In this document: piece after piece, positions 54,252 through 62,960 of the stretch
Layout: each line of letters opens with the position of its first letter
How positions within the stretch are numbered: the stretch's first letter is position 1
From: Pseudobdellovibrionaceae bacterium
GTDB lineage: Bacteria; Bdellovibrionota; Bdellovibrionia; Bdellovibrionales; UBA1609
Direction: 5' to 3'
Assembly (NCBI GenBank): GCA_018663505.1
Contig: JABJQG010000036.1
Location: forward strand, 2,680 to 66,679
DNA length: 64,000 nt
Program-made: the position numbers and the translations under genes
The notes under the pieces: generated by a model
Databases searched by the model: none
The model's input: only the letters and a program-made list of their open reading frames with translations
Told to the model about the DNA's origin: nothing

Positions 54252-57155
54252 TCATAGAATTTTGGTAGTTAGACGTTTGCTCAGGCTGTATCCGGAATCT
54301 TGGTTTATAACTAAATCTGAAATGCTTAATTCATTTTCGATAATTTTTTTTAGACGACTAATATTAACGTAGAGTGTTTGATCATGTTGATCTGGATCAT
54401 AATTTTGATCCCATATTTTTTGCACCAAGCTTTCTTTATCAATAAAGTTACCCTTACACTGCGAGAGAGTATAAATTAAATCAAAAAGAAGTTTCTTTTT
54501 TTCTAGAGATACAATGTTTAAGTTTTGATTAGAAATTAACATAATCGAAGGAATAATATATAAGTCGGAGTCTCCAAGAACAAAATTTAAGAATATATCT
54601 TTACTCATTGAAAACCCAAGCTTTTCAAATACTGAATTAAATATATTACTGAATAAAATGGAAAACTGCTTATCAGAATTAAGAAATATTTTTCTACAAG
54701 TGCTCAAATCAATTGAAACCTTATCCCAATTATTTGACTTATAGTTATGAATTATAGAAGAAAGTGAAAACAATAGCTTACATATTCTAAAACCAAGATT
54801 ATCTAAATTATTTTCTACTTTTAGGAATTCATGAATTCTCTCCTCTGCATTTTTAAAATTCGCATTAAAGCAATCCTGTAAACAAATTATTGCTTGTGTG
54901 TTCCAATATAACCAAGGTGATTCAATATTTAAATGAGCATTTTTTAGATCAAAGGTATTTGATTCTGTTAGCAATAATTTGGATAATTGAGAGTATAGAG
55001 CATACTGATCAAGCTCTAATTTTGAAATATTAGATGGTAACTGTGGTTGATTTATCGATAAATCAAACAATTGTTTTCTGGCTACAGTTAATCCATCGAT
55101 GCTTTCTAGCTTACTAACTACACCTGAGACATAAAGCAGTTGTTCAATTAAGTGTTTTTCCCTAAGGTCCTGTATGTTTTTTAACTCATATTTCAGAACC
55201 TCTGCCTTTTCCTTTAAAGCCGATTTTTTTAATAAAAGAAAATCTTGCTCCATTTTCAAACGTGAAATCCTCCATCTAAAGGGACTCTTTGCTCTATTAC
55301 GAAGTAATCCCTCTGCTGATTCTAAGCTGTTGGTACTTTTACTATACTCACCCATAGCTAAATAAATTTCGGAGATATAAATCTTGTGAGCCACTTGTTG
55401 ATTTTTACTTCCATGCAATAATGTTTCAGGCTTTGCCTGCTCTAGTACATCTATGGCAGAAATTAATTGATTGCTTGTGTATAGACGATTAGATTCATAA
55501 AATACAACTGAGACTTTTAAACTAGGATTGGAACGTTTCTTAAGCAACTCTTTAAGTTCCTTCAAAAGAGTACTAGCCGTATTTTCTTTACCTAATTCAT
55601 CTAAAGCTATACACATATTATATATGGTACGTTGTTGATCCAGTATTTGTAAATTTAACTTTGAAAGGTCATAGGCCTGTTTTGAGTATTCATAGCTTTT
55701 TTTGAAGTCAGCCACCCAAAATAAATCTATGCCAAGTTGATAAAGATGGTTATATTTAGTTTTGTACTGTGTCTTGTTATCAAATGTTGAAACAGCACTA
55801 ATTCTTGCTGCACAAGCCTTTCGGTAATCATGATTCTCCCTATCGAGCAGGGCTTTCCAATGAAGAAAATCAAAGTTTGAAATCTTATCATTTTCAGAGA
55901 TCATAGACTCAAACAATTTAAAATTTTCTTTAAATTTATCTATATCTTTTGATTGATAGGAAAGCTGACATACTGTGTTTATAAAAGGTATTGTCATTTC
56001 AGAGTTCAAACCATTTTCTTCAAGAATATTAAGATAACAATTTGCTCGTTCAAAATTTTCTTGCTCAGTGCTCAATTCAATATCTATAACTATAAGTTCT
56101 TTAATTTGATATTTCTTACTTACTAAAGTATCATTAAGAATATTAAATTCAGAATATTTTCCATTCTTTAGAAGCTCTCTGGCGTATTCTACTATCAGTC
56201 CTTTGTTTATTATTTTACCCATTTTTAGTAAATAGAATATCGATTCTTTATCATCAAGTACATCTACTAATTCATCGAACACTCCATCTAAAAATTCATT
56301 TTTTAGATTTTTAGGAAAATATTCAAGTAAACTTGGAGACAGATATACCTTATTGTCATTTTGCATTAAAAATTTACAACTTAATAGAGTTTTACACTTC
56401 TCTTTTGTTGAATCCGCTAATTTCTGATAATGACTCTCTGGTATAGCCCCCCAATGATAGAATTTAATCATTACATCTTTAGTATCTTCGGTTAGATTTT
56501 GGTCAAGCCACTCGTCAAAATTATTTTGAATATTATTAATATTGTCATTTGAAGCTATAATCAGAATTAAACCAGGATTTTTAATATCAGATGGTATTGC
56601 TTTTTGTGATTTTAATTTTTGCACAAGCATTCTTGAATCTATGGTTGAAATTCCGTTTAGATGTTGAAACTGTATGTGATGTAAGTTCTGACTCTTAAAA
56701 CTTGGTTTAGATATGGATGTAATTATTAGCTTTGATTTTTTGAAATATCTATTACATGCCTCTATTAAACTTTCAATTGCGGAAAGTTCAACATAATCAA
56801 TACCATCAATTAAAATTAAGTATTTCTTTGACTCCCAGTAATACACAATTTCATGAATGGTTTCCTCTAAGCCTAATTCATTGACTATTTTTTGTTTAGG
56901 CTTGGGAAGACTTAAGGATAAGGTTTTAAAAAAATCATCGTAATTGGTAAACTCATTTAAGTTTAAGAATAATGGTTTTAATTTGTTTTTTTCAATATAT
57001 TGATTGCATACTTTATAGCAAAATTCAGATTTACCAATTCCATGTTCACCATACACATCAATAACAGAACAGTCATTAATGATATGATTAAAATTACTAA
57101 GCTCATTATTATAGCCAGTAAAATATTTAGTTTCAGGGGGGATCCTTGTATACAT
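54252..57155 (-). CDS. STAND-type P-loop NTPase with a helical-repeat (TPR-like) body and a C-terminal OmpR/PhoB-type winged-helix DNA-binding domain
   Basis: 967 aa. The N-terminal YFTGYNNEL resembles the FVGRE-EL lead-in of STAND ATPases. Walker A is GEHGIGKS and Walker B is YLILIDGID. A long helical region follows. The C-terminal ESLVQKIWDQNYDPDQHDQTLYVNISRLKKIIE...GYSL is a trans_reg_C signature. Confidence 0.7.
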   Translation of the reverse strand: MYTRIPPETKYFTGYNNELSNFNHIINDCSVIDVYGEHGIGKSEFCYKVCNQYIEKNKLKPLFLNLNEFTNYDDFFKTLSLSLPKPKQKIVNELGLEETIHEIVYYWESKKYLILIDGIDYVELSAIESLIEACNRYFKKSKLIITSISKPSFKSQNLHHIQFQHLNGISTIDSRMLVQKLKSQKAIPSDIKNPGLILIIASNDNINNIQNNFDEWLDQNLTEDTKDVMIKFYHWGAIPESHYQKLADSTKEKCKTLLSCKFLMQNDNKVYLSPSLLEYFPKNLKNEFLDGVFDELVDVLDDKESIFYLLKMGKIINKGLIVEYARELLKNGKYSEFNILNDTLVSKKYQIKELIVIDIELSTEQENFERANCYLNILEENGLNSEMTIPFINTVCQLSYQSKDIDKFKENFKLFESMISENDKISNFDFLHWKALLDRENHDYRKACAARISAVSTFDNKTQYKTKYNHLYQLGIDLFWVADFKKSYEYSKQAYDLSKLNLQILDQQRTIYNMCIALDELGKENTASTLLKELKELLKKRSNPSLKVSVVFYESNRLYTSNQLISAIDVLEQAKPETLLHGSKNQQVAHKIYISEIYLAMGEYSKSTNSLESAEGLLRNRAKSPFRWRISRLKMEQDFLLLKKSALKEKAEVLKYELKNIQDLREKHLIEQLLYVSGVVSKLESIDGLTVARKQLFDLSINQPQLPSNISKLELDQYALYSQLSKLLLTESNTFDLKNAHLNIESPWLYWNTQAIICLQDCFNANFKNAEERIHEFLKVENNLDNLGFRICKLLFSLSSIIHNYKSNNWDKVSIDLSTCRKIFLNSDKQFSILFSNIFNSVFEKLGFSMSKDIFLNFVLGDSDLYIIPSIMLISNQNLNIVSLEKKKLLFDLIYTLSQCKGNFIDKESLVQKIWDQNYDPDQHDQTLYVNISRLKKIIENELSISDLVINQDSGYSLSKRLTTKIL

Positions 57156-57191
57156 GGCGGTAATTATATCATGGGTTTTTAAAAGGTTAAA

Positions 57192-57209
57192 GCCCCGCGC
57201 AATGCGGGA
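57192..57209 (-). terminator. Possible short GC hairpin terminator
   Basis: cccgc-gcaat-gcggg is a 5-bp GC stem in an AT-rich context just downstream of the 57236 gene. On the minus strand the following tract ctttaacctttt is only weakly U-rich. Confidence 0.3.
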
Positions 57210-57235
57210 CTTTGGGATAGTGATATTTGGGGATT

Positions 57236-57667
57236 TTAATCACATTCTTCATTGAGAGCTACTAATATTTCCACTCCTGCCATTAGAATTTCATTTATTA
57301 CCGCCTCTCTGTTAGGTGCTTCCTCCAACTCACCTAACTGTTCTTCTATTTCGCAATATGCCACTTTAACATGCCCAATGCTCTTTCTTACTCGCACATC
57401 AAGCAAAGATTGGCTGGCATCAACAACTCGTATAGCATTTCTTACTTTTTTATTAATCTTCGTAAACACTTCAAACCTTACTCGATCACTAACAGAATCT
57501 TTGGCAATGGGTATTACGCATTTTAGAGCCTCAAGAGCATCAATTACCTGATCTCCATAAGTGGTTTTAGTCATACATAAGTTGATTCCTTGATGCTTAT
57601 AATTATAGTTTCCAGAAAAGGCGTTGAGGCTAGCAAGTGTAATTATCATTATAGTTAAAAATTTCAT
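57236..57667 (-). CDS. Hypothetical small secreted helical protein
   Basis: 143 aa with a signal peptide (MKFLTIMIITLASLNAFS|G). No motif recognised. Confidence 0.5.
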   Translation of the reverse strand: MKFLTIMIITLASLNAFSGNYNYKHQGINLCMTKTTYGDQVIDALEALKCVIPIAKDSVSDRVRFEVFTKINKKVRNAIRVVDASQSLLDVRVRKSIGHVKVAYCEIEEQLGELEEAPNREAVINEILMAGVEILVALNEECD

Positions 57668-57722
57668 ATTATCTCCTGTTCTTATATTGTAAATATTATT
57701 AATTATTTTATTTAGTTATTTA

Positions 57723-58733
57723 TTAGTAGTTTTGGTAAAGTTGCTTAGCTTTATCCATAGCTTCTGAAAAGTACATTAAATCGTATTGTCCATCCTCCCC
57801 AAGATTTTCAGAAATGGCATTTATTTTTAGGTCATAAATAGAGAACATTTCTTGAGCATCCTCTCCAGCACAGGCATCCTCTTGTTTACACGACAACATT
57901 TTTCTAGCAAATTTATTTACTTTAAGTTTCAAACCATGAGTGAGCTCAAGACGGTTGGCATCAGAAAAATAATTCTGAACAACCTCAAGTGCGCTCAATA
58001 ACTCTTCACCAATGAGTAAATTATCTCTACCACGACCTGGAGGAAGAATAATACGACCACGGTTATCTACAGGCGCTTCCCATTTAAGAACAATCTCTCT
58101 AACCTCGGGCTTATCATCTGAAGCATAAATTTGTAAATTATCAGGGCAATCATTGATATCAATTGAGTAAGGTCTAGTATGCGATCCCTCACTAAGCGTT
58201 ACTGTCTTTTTAATTTGGCCATCATTAACATATACAGCAAGGCTAGCTTTTTCATCTCTAAAAAGACCAAACTCGTTGGTGGTTCCCCAAACAGTCATTG
58301 ATTTTAAGATGTAACCCTCATATTGATTAGTTGCCTTATCCATTTTAAATATCAAATCACCCTCTTTAAACTTAACTCCATCTGAATGAGACGATGTGGT
58401 TGGACCATCATGCTTACCTCTCATTCCTTTAAATGCACGAGGATCATTAAAGCCATTGTTTTTATAACCGTTTGAATTTGTCTTTACGTCATCCTTGTAA
58501 AAAGTGATCCTCTCTGTATAACTATTTCCAATCCATTGGCTAAAACAATTACTGTTTCTATTAAGTAAGCATGTATTTGGGGTGACACCCAGCTGCTGAG
58601 CAAGCCTTCTATTATATTTTTGTTGAGACTCTTTTGGACTGCGATCATGTGAGAATTTATTCTTTGCGTGAATTGGCAGAATAAACCCGATGGTTGCAAT
58701 TCCATTTATTATAATTTTTAAAGTTTTTTTCAT
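57723..58733 (-). CDS. Hypothetical exported protein
   Basis: I prefer the internal Met MKKTLKIIINGIATIGFILPIHA (58733) over the ORF-track start at 58793. That gives about 336 aa. No motif recognised. Confidence 0.5.
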   Translation of the reverse strand: MKKTLKIIINGIATIGFILPIHAKNKFSHDRSPKESQQKYNRRLAQQLGVTPNTCLLNRNSNCFSQWIGNSYTERITFYKDDVKTNSNGYKNNGFNDPRAFKGMRGKHDGPTTSSHSDGVKFKEGDLIFKMDKATNQYEGYILKSMTVWGTTNEFGLFRDEKASLAVYVNDGQIKKTVTLSEGSHTRPYSIDINDCPDNLQIYASDDKPEVREIVLKWEAPVDNRGRIILPPGRGRDNLLIGEELLSALEVVQNYFSDANRLELTHGLKLKVNKFARKMLSCKQEDACAGEDAQEMFSIYDLKINAISENLGEDGQYDLMYFSEAMDKAKQLYQNY

Positions 58734-58965
58734 TCTATCTCCTTTTAGATAATTTCTTAAATGCAAACTAAGTGCAGAGCGTGTTTCAAACAACTAAAGC
58801 TTTCTAAAATTTCTAAGTAAATGTATTCATTGATGTATTTAAAGAATAATAAATTTAAAAATTTAACTTACTAGTAAAATATATTACTCATGCTTGAGGT
58901 CTTTAAAAATTAGAATTTTAATAACGAGCTGACTCAGATTAAAATTTTTAACAAACGAATGATAA

Positions 58966-59289
58966 TTACTCTAATATCTCACTAATGGCTTGGTATATTT
59001 GGTTTTCAGAGTATGGTTTTTTAAAATAATAATGGGCTAAATTGCGTATCTGATCTCGTTGTTCTTTTGAATACTCAGTGGCAATTCCACCTGTTATCAC
59101 TATAAACTTTAAATCATTGTGACCTTCATTAATAAGCTTTCGTATAAGAGCATCACCACTAAGCTTTGGCATTTTTAAATCGGTAATCACTATATCATAT
59201 TTTTTTAGTTTAATCTTTTCATAAGCCTGTTGCCCATCTAAGGCTTCTTCAACTTGAAGACCAAAATGCATAAGGGATTCTTTTAGCAA
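58966..59289 (-). CDS. Receiver (REC) domain fragment, in frame with the upstream histidine kinase across a TAA stop
   Basis: The ORF-track start is TTG. It contains DIVITDLKMP (phospho-acceptor Asp), VITGG and FKKPY (conserved Lys). It lacks its own beta1/DD acidic pocket, which lies at the end of ORF 59305-60342. Confidence 0.7.
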   Translation of the reverse strand: MLKESLMHFGLQVEEALDGQQAYEKIKLKKYDIVITDLKMPKLSGDALIRKLINEGHNDLKFIVITGGIATEYSKEQRDQIRNLAHYYFKKPYSENQIYQAISEILE

Positions 59290-59304
59290 GTTCCTTATTG
59301 CTTG

Positions 59305-60342
59305 TTAGTCATCTACAATTAAAACTTCACCTTTTAGCTTATTTTTTACAAACTTTCTATCTACACTTTCTACTTCTTTTTTTTCATGATTTATATTTGG
59401 AAATTCAATTTTAAATGTAGTGCCAACACCTATTTTAGAGTCTACAAATATTTTACCTTGCATTTCGTTGATGAGAGATATTGATATGCTAAGCCCCATT
59501 CCAGTGCCTTTGCCAACCTCTTTAGTTGTAAAAAAAGTATCAAATATTTTTTCTAAGTGATCTTCAGAAATTCCACTTCCATCATCTGTAAACTTAAGCA
59601 CAATATTGTTTTTTTCATTTTGTGTTGAAACACTAATTGTACCTGAGCCATTAACCTCCATTGCATCTTTTGCATTGGACAAAAAATTCATGATGATTTG
59701 TTGTAATTTCCCTTGGTTTCCTTGAATAAATACACTTTTTGCATTGTAATCAGTTGTCACATTAATATTGTTTTTTTTATAAATTTCTTTCACAAGTGAT
59801 ACCGTTTTTTCAAGATACTCATGCACATCTATGGGGCTTAAGTGTTGAGTATCTGATCGTGCCATTGTACGCATTCCATCAACAATATTAGCAATTCGAA
59901 CAATGCTCTCGTTAACTACACCAAGTCTACGATCTAAATCAAAATTTAAGTTCTCTTTTAAGGGATCTAATTTTCTCTTTAAAATATCAATGTTACCTTT
60001 GATAATAGCTAAAGGATTATTGATTTCATGCCCTACACCAGCAGCTAGTATTCCTAATGATGCAAATTTTTCAGATTGTATAATATAATTATTATTTTTT
60101 TCAATCTTAGCCTTTTTTACCTTATTAGAAGATAATAAATATCCAATTGTTGCAAATAATATTGGAAAACCAAACAAGCTAAACATATGAAGACGTTGTG
60201 ATGTAATAACATCAGTCATATCTTCGATTGTGTAGCTAAGTCCAAACTGATTTAAATCTAATAGAATAAATATAATTGGAAAAATAAAACCAGCTAATAA
60301 TCCGCAAAAAGTATACAGTATATACAAATGATAATTTTTCAA
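59305..60342 (-). CDS. Membrane histidine kinase core (HisKA plus HATPase_c) ending in the first strand of a receiver domain
   Basis: 345 aa with two N-terminal TM helices. H-box GVGHEINNPL, N-box MNFLSNAKDA, DDGSGI, GKGTGMGLSIS. The last residues, GEVLIVDD, are followed by TAA. Confidence 0.85.
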   Translation of the reverse strand: MKNYHLYILYTFCGLLAGFIFPIIFILLDLNQFGLSYTIEDMTDVITSQRLHMFSLFGFPILFATIGYLLSSNKVKKAKIEKNNNYIIQSEKFASLGILAAGVGHEINNPLAIIKGNIDILKRKLDPLKENLNFDLDRRLGVVNESIVRIANIVDGMRTMARSDTQHLSPIDVHEYLEKTVSLVKEIYKKNNINVTTDYNAKSVFIQGNQGKLQQIIMNFLSNAKDAMEVNGSGTISVSTQNEKNNIVLKFTDDGSGISEDHLEKIFDTFFTTKEVGKGTGMGLSISISLINEMQGKIFVDSKIGVGTTFKIEFPNINHEKKEVESVDRKFVKNKLKGEVLIVDD

Positions 60343-60770
60343 ATTTCAACCTTCAAAATAACTCTAACTATTTTTTTAATGCTATCGTTATAGTTACTGT
60401 CAGTGATTATACCAATGGCTTTTTTATTTTTGGATATATTTCTAATAATTGCCAATTCACTTTTTAAAATCTTGGGAGGTGCTGATCCTGTTTGTAACTT
60501 TTGTTTTCCCCAATACTCCTCCCAATCCAATTGATCCATGCCAAGTATTTTATCAATAATCACTGGGAAGGCATCGTGATTTGGCATAAATACCTTAATG
60601 GAGCTGCCGTTATCCCAAAAGTGATTCTTTTTTAGAATTATGTTCTTTGCTTTTTTAATGACTAACTCACTTTGCAAATTCTTTGGATGCACGAGGAAAT
60701 ATAAATGCTTTCCAGACACAGATACAGAACTTAAAATACTTAATAAAATCACAATAATCATATACTTCAT
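60339..60770 (-). CDS. Small periplasmic protein, possibly PBP-like (phosphate-binding-protein-like fold)
   Basis: 143 aa with a signal peptide. The pattern ..KKNHFWDNGSSIKVF...AIGIITDS.. loosely resembles short PBP_like_2 domains. It overlaps the HK start by 4 nt. Confidence 0.3.
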   Translation of the reverse strand: MKYMIIVILLSILSSVSVSGKHLYFLVHPKNLQSELVIKKAKNIILKKNHFWDNGSSIKVFMPNHDAFPVIIDKILGMDQLDWEEYWGKQKLQTGSAPPKILKSELAIIRNISKNKKAIGIITDSNYNDSIKKIVRVILKVEI

Positions 60771-60779
60771 ATATCTTTC

Positions 60780-61859
60780 CTAAAATGTAAGTGAAAGTTC
60801 TAACACTAGTTTTGAGTAATCTTTGTCTTTATTATTCACATCTTGTTTTTTTGTGTATGTGTATTTTTGATGATCAATTTTTATTCTCTTATCTCCAGCA
60901 AATAAGTAATTCAATCCAAAACTTTGTCTTTTATGATCATCATCTTTATCTATCAACTTATTCGTATCAGCAAACTCTTGACGGAAAAAGAAACGCCAAC
61001 GCTTAGTTTTAAAACTTGGCTGGATATAGTAACCTTCCCCATTTAAATCATCAACAAAGTACTCGGCTTTAAACAAAAAATTATTCCATTCTACATTAGT
61101 GTCAATTCCATAGACATTTAGACTTCCATCAGAAATACTTTGTGAATTCTGATTGCTTAAGCCAACTCGCATTGGAACTATGTTTGATAAATCAAATCCC
61201 AAATAGAAACCACCAACAAAAGGAGTTTGAATAACATCAATGTCCGATCCGCCATATAACTCATAGTTTAAATAATCATTTAATTTCCCTACAATGCTAA
61301 CACCAGTAAAACGCCTGACAAACAAACCATTTCGTAAAAACAAGGGACGATCAGAAGTTAAAATTACAGGCTGATAATGAAGTCGATTTGCTATGCCCAT
61401 GGGAGTAAAGAATAGACCAGAACGTACGCCTATATATTGATTTGTTTGGTAACTTAACCAAAGTCTTTCTAACTTAACAATATCTTCACCAACTCCATAC
61501 AATCTATCACCAGTATGTTTCGTATCACCCAGAGAGGACTCTAATTCAACTTCTACCTCTGAAAAATACTTTAGGTTTTCAAACATTTCGCCTGAGATAA
61601 TTGTTTCTAATTCAATTTTCCTAACACTTGCAGGTGAATTTTGACCACTAATGCCAGAAGCTTGCATTGTTAAGTACCCACCTAAGTTCATTTTTTTTGA
61701 ATTTGTTGATTTAATAAATTTACTTTCTGTAATTTCATCACGCAAGGAGGCCATTTCTTCTTCTAGGCTATTTATACGCTCAGATTGTGTTTGAGCCCAT
61801 GAATAATTATGCAAAAAAAAGACACATAACAAAATAAAAATATAAAAATTCTTAACCAT
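60780..61859 (-). CDS. Putative outer-membrane porin-like beta-barrel with an N-terminal coiled coil
   Basis: 359 aa with a signal peptide (..NYSWA|Q), the coiled-coil RINSLEEEMASLRDEI, alternating strands and a C-terminal ..LELSLTF. Confidence 0.4.
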   Translation of the reverse strand: MVKNFYIFILLCVFFLHNYSWAQTQSERINSLEEEMASLRDEITESKFIKSTNSKKMNLGGYLTMQASGISGQNSPASVRKIELETIISGEMFENLKYFSEVEVELESSLGDTKHTGDRLYGVGEDIVKLERLWLSYQTNQYIGVRSGLFFTPMGIANRLHYQPVILTSDRPLFLRNGLFVRRFTGVSIVGKLNDYLNYELYGGSDIDVIQTPFVGGFYLGFDLSNIVPMRVGLSNQNSQSISDGSLNVYGIDTNVEWNNFLFKAEYFVDDLNGEGYYIQPSFKTKRWRFFFRQEFADTNKLIDKDDDHKRQSFGLNYLFAGDKRIKIDHQKYTYTKKQDVNNKDKDYSKLVLELSLTF

Positions 61860-62317
61860 AAACTTTCCCTTTTAATCATTATATGTATCCATGGGTAAAT
61901 ATGACAAGTTAAGAAATATTAGTAATATGAATTAAATTGAAAGCTAACTAACATTCTTTTTCCCTACAGCATACGACATACATATACGCTGTGCCCACAG
62001 GTGATTCCAAAAGACGTACTTGTAGTAGCTAAATTAATTGATGAAACGTTGAGCACAATTCGTTGACGTTACTTTAAACGACACCAATTCTTTAGTATTG
62101 ATTTTATTTAAATATTAAAGGAACATTTTTGAAATCTAATCATAAGCTACCAGGACCAGACTTAAGATCAGAGAGTAATTGCTGTTCCAAAATGGGGCAT
62201 AAGCATTATGATACTTAAAAAACCGTGGTTAAAAGGTCAATGTGGATAAACTGAGAAAAAAACAGACAGCTGAGTGTACTTGCTTGTGATTGCGCCTATA
62301 AGTATAAAGTCTAATTA

Positions 62318-62716
62318 CTAATTTATAGAATCCATTTTTGGTGTGGGAACAGTTACTCCAGGAGTCACAGAAAAGGTTTTCATAACTGGGTTTACATCTC
62401 CGCTTAAAATTCTGTTTATATATGTTATGCTTACATTATAAAAACTTTTTGGCAGCTCAGGCTGTCCAACACTTTCAGTGAAAGTTAAATTTAATATAAA
62501 TTCCGGGTCACCAGCTTCAGCGACGAATGGTGTATGAGAAATGTAACATGAAGTTATGAAATAAGCTGGGTGTTTCAGCGACTGATAAACAGCATAAAGA
62601 GCGGGGTCACTTATCCTTTCAAGAAGAATCGTTTCCTGACCTTCGCACTCAAATTCTGAGGCAAATACGGAAGTTGACAGACTCAAAACAGTTAATATTA
62701 AAAATAGTTTTTTCAT
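62318..62716 (-). CDS. Hypothetical small secreted protein
   Basis: I prefer the internal Met MKKLFLILTVLSLSTSVFA|S (62716) over the ORF-track start at 62779. Confidence 0.45.
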   Translation of the reverse strand: MKKLFLILTVLSLSTSVFASEFECEGQETILLERISDPALYAVYQSLKHPAYFITSCYISHTPFVAEAGDPEFILNLTFTESVGQPELPKSFYNVSITYINRILSGDVNPVMKTFSVTPGVTVPTPKMDSIN

Positions 62717-62960
62717 AAAATTACTCCTTATAATTGCCATTTCAATTCTGGCCTGCCCTATTGCTATAGCATATAACATAACTTATTCATAATAATTTCT
62801 TATGATGAACTTTTATTTCCTCAAAACAAATTCCCCGTAAACTCTAGTTGCAAAAGCAACTCCACAGGATTGTTAGGTTTTTTAGCAAACAGGAGCGTTA
62901 GTTCCCATAACAGTTTTTATATGTTTTTCAAAATTGTAAAGTAATGAAACCCAATTAACA

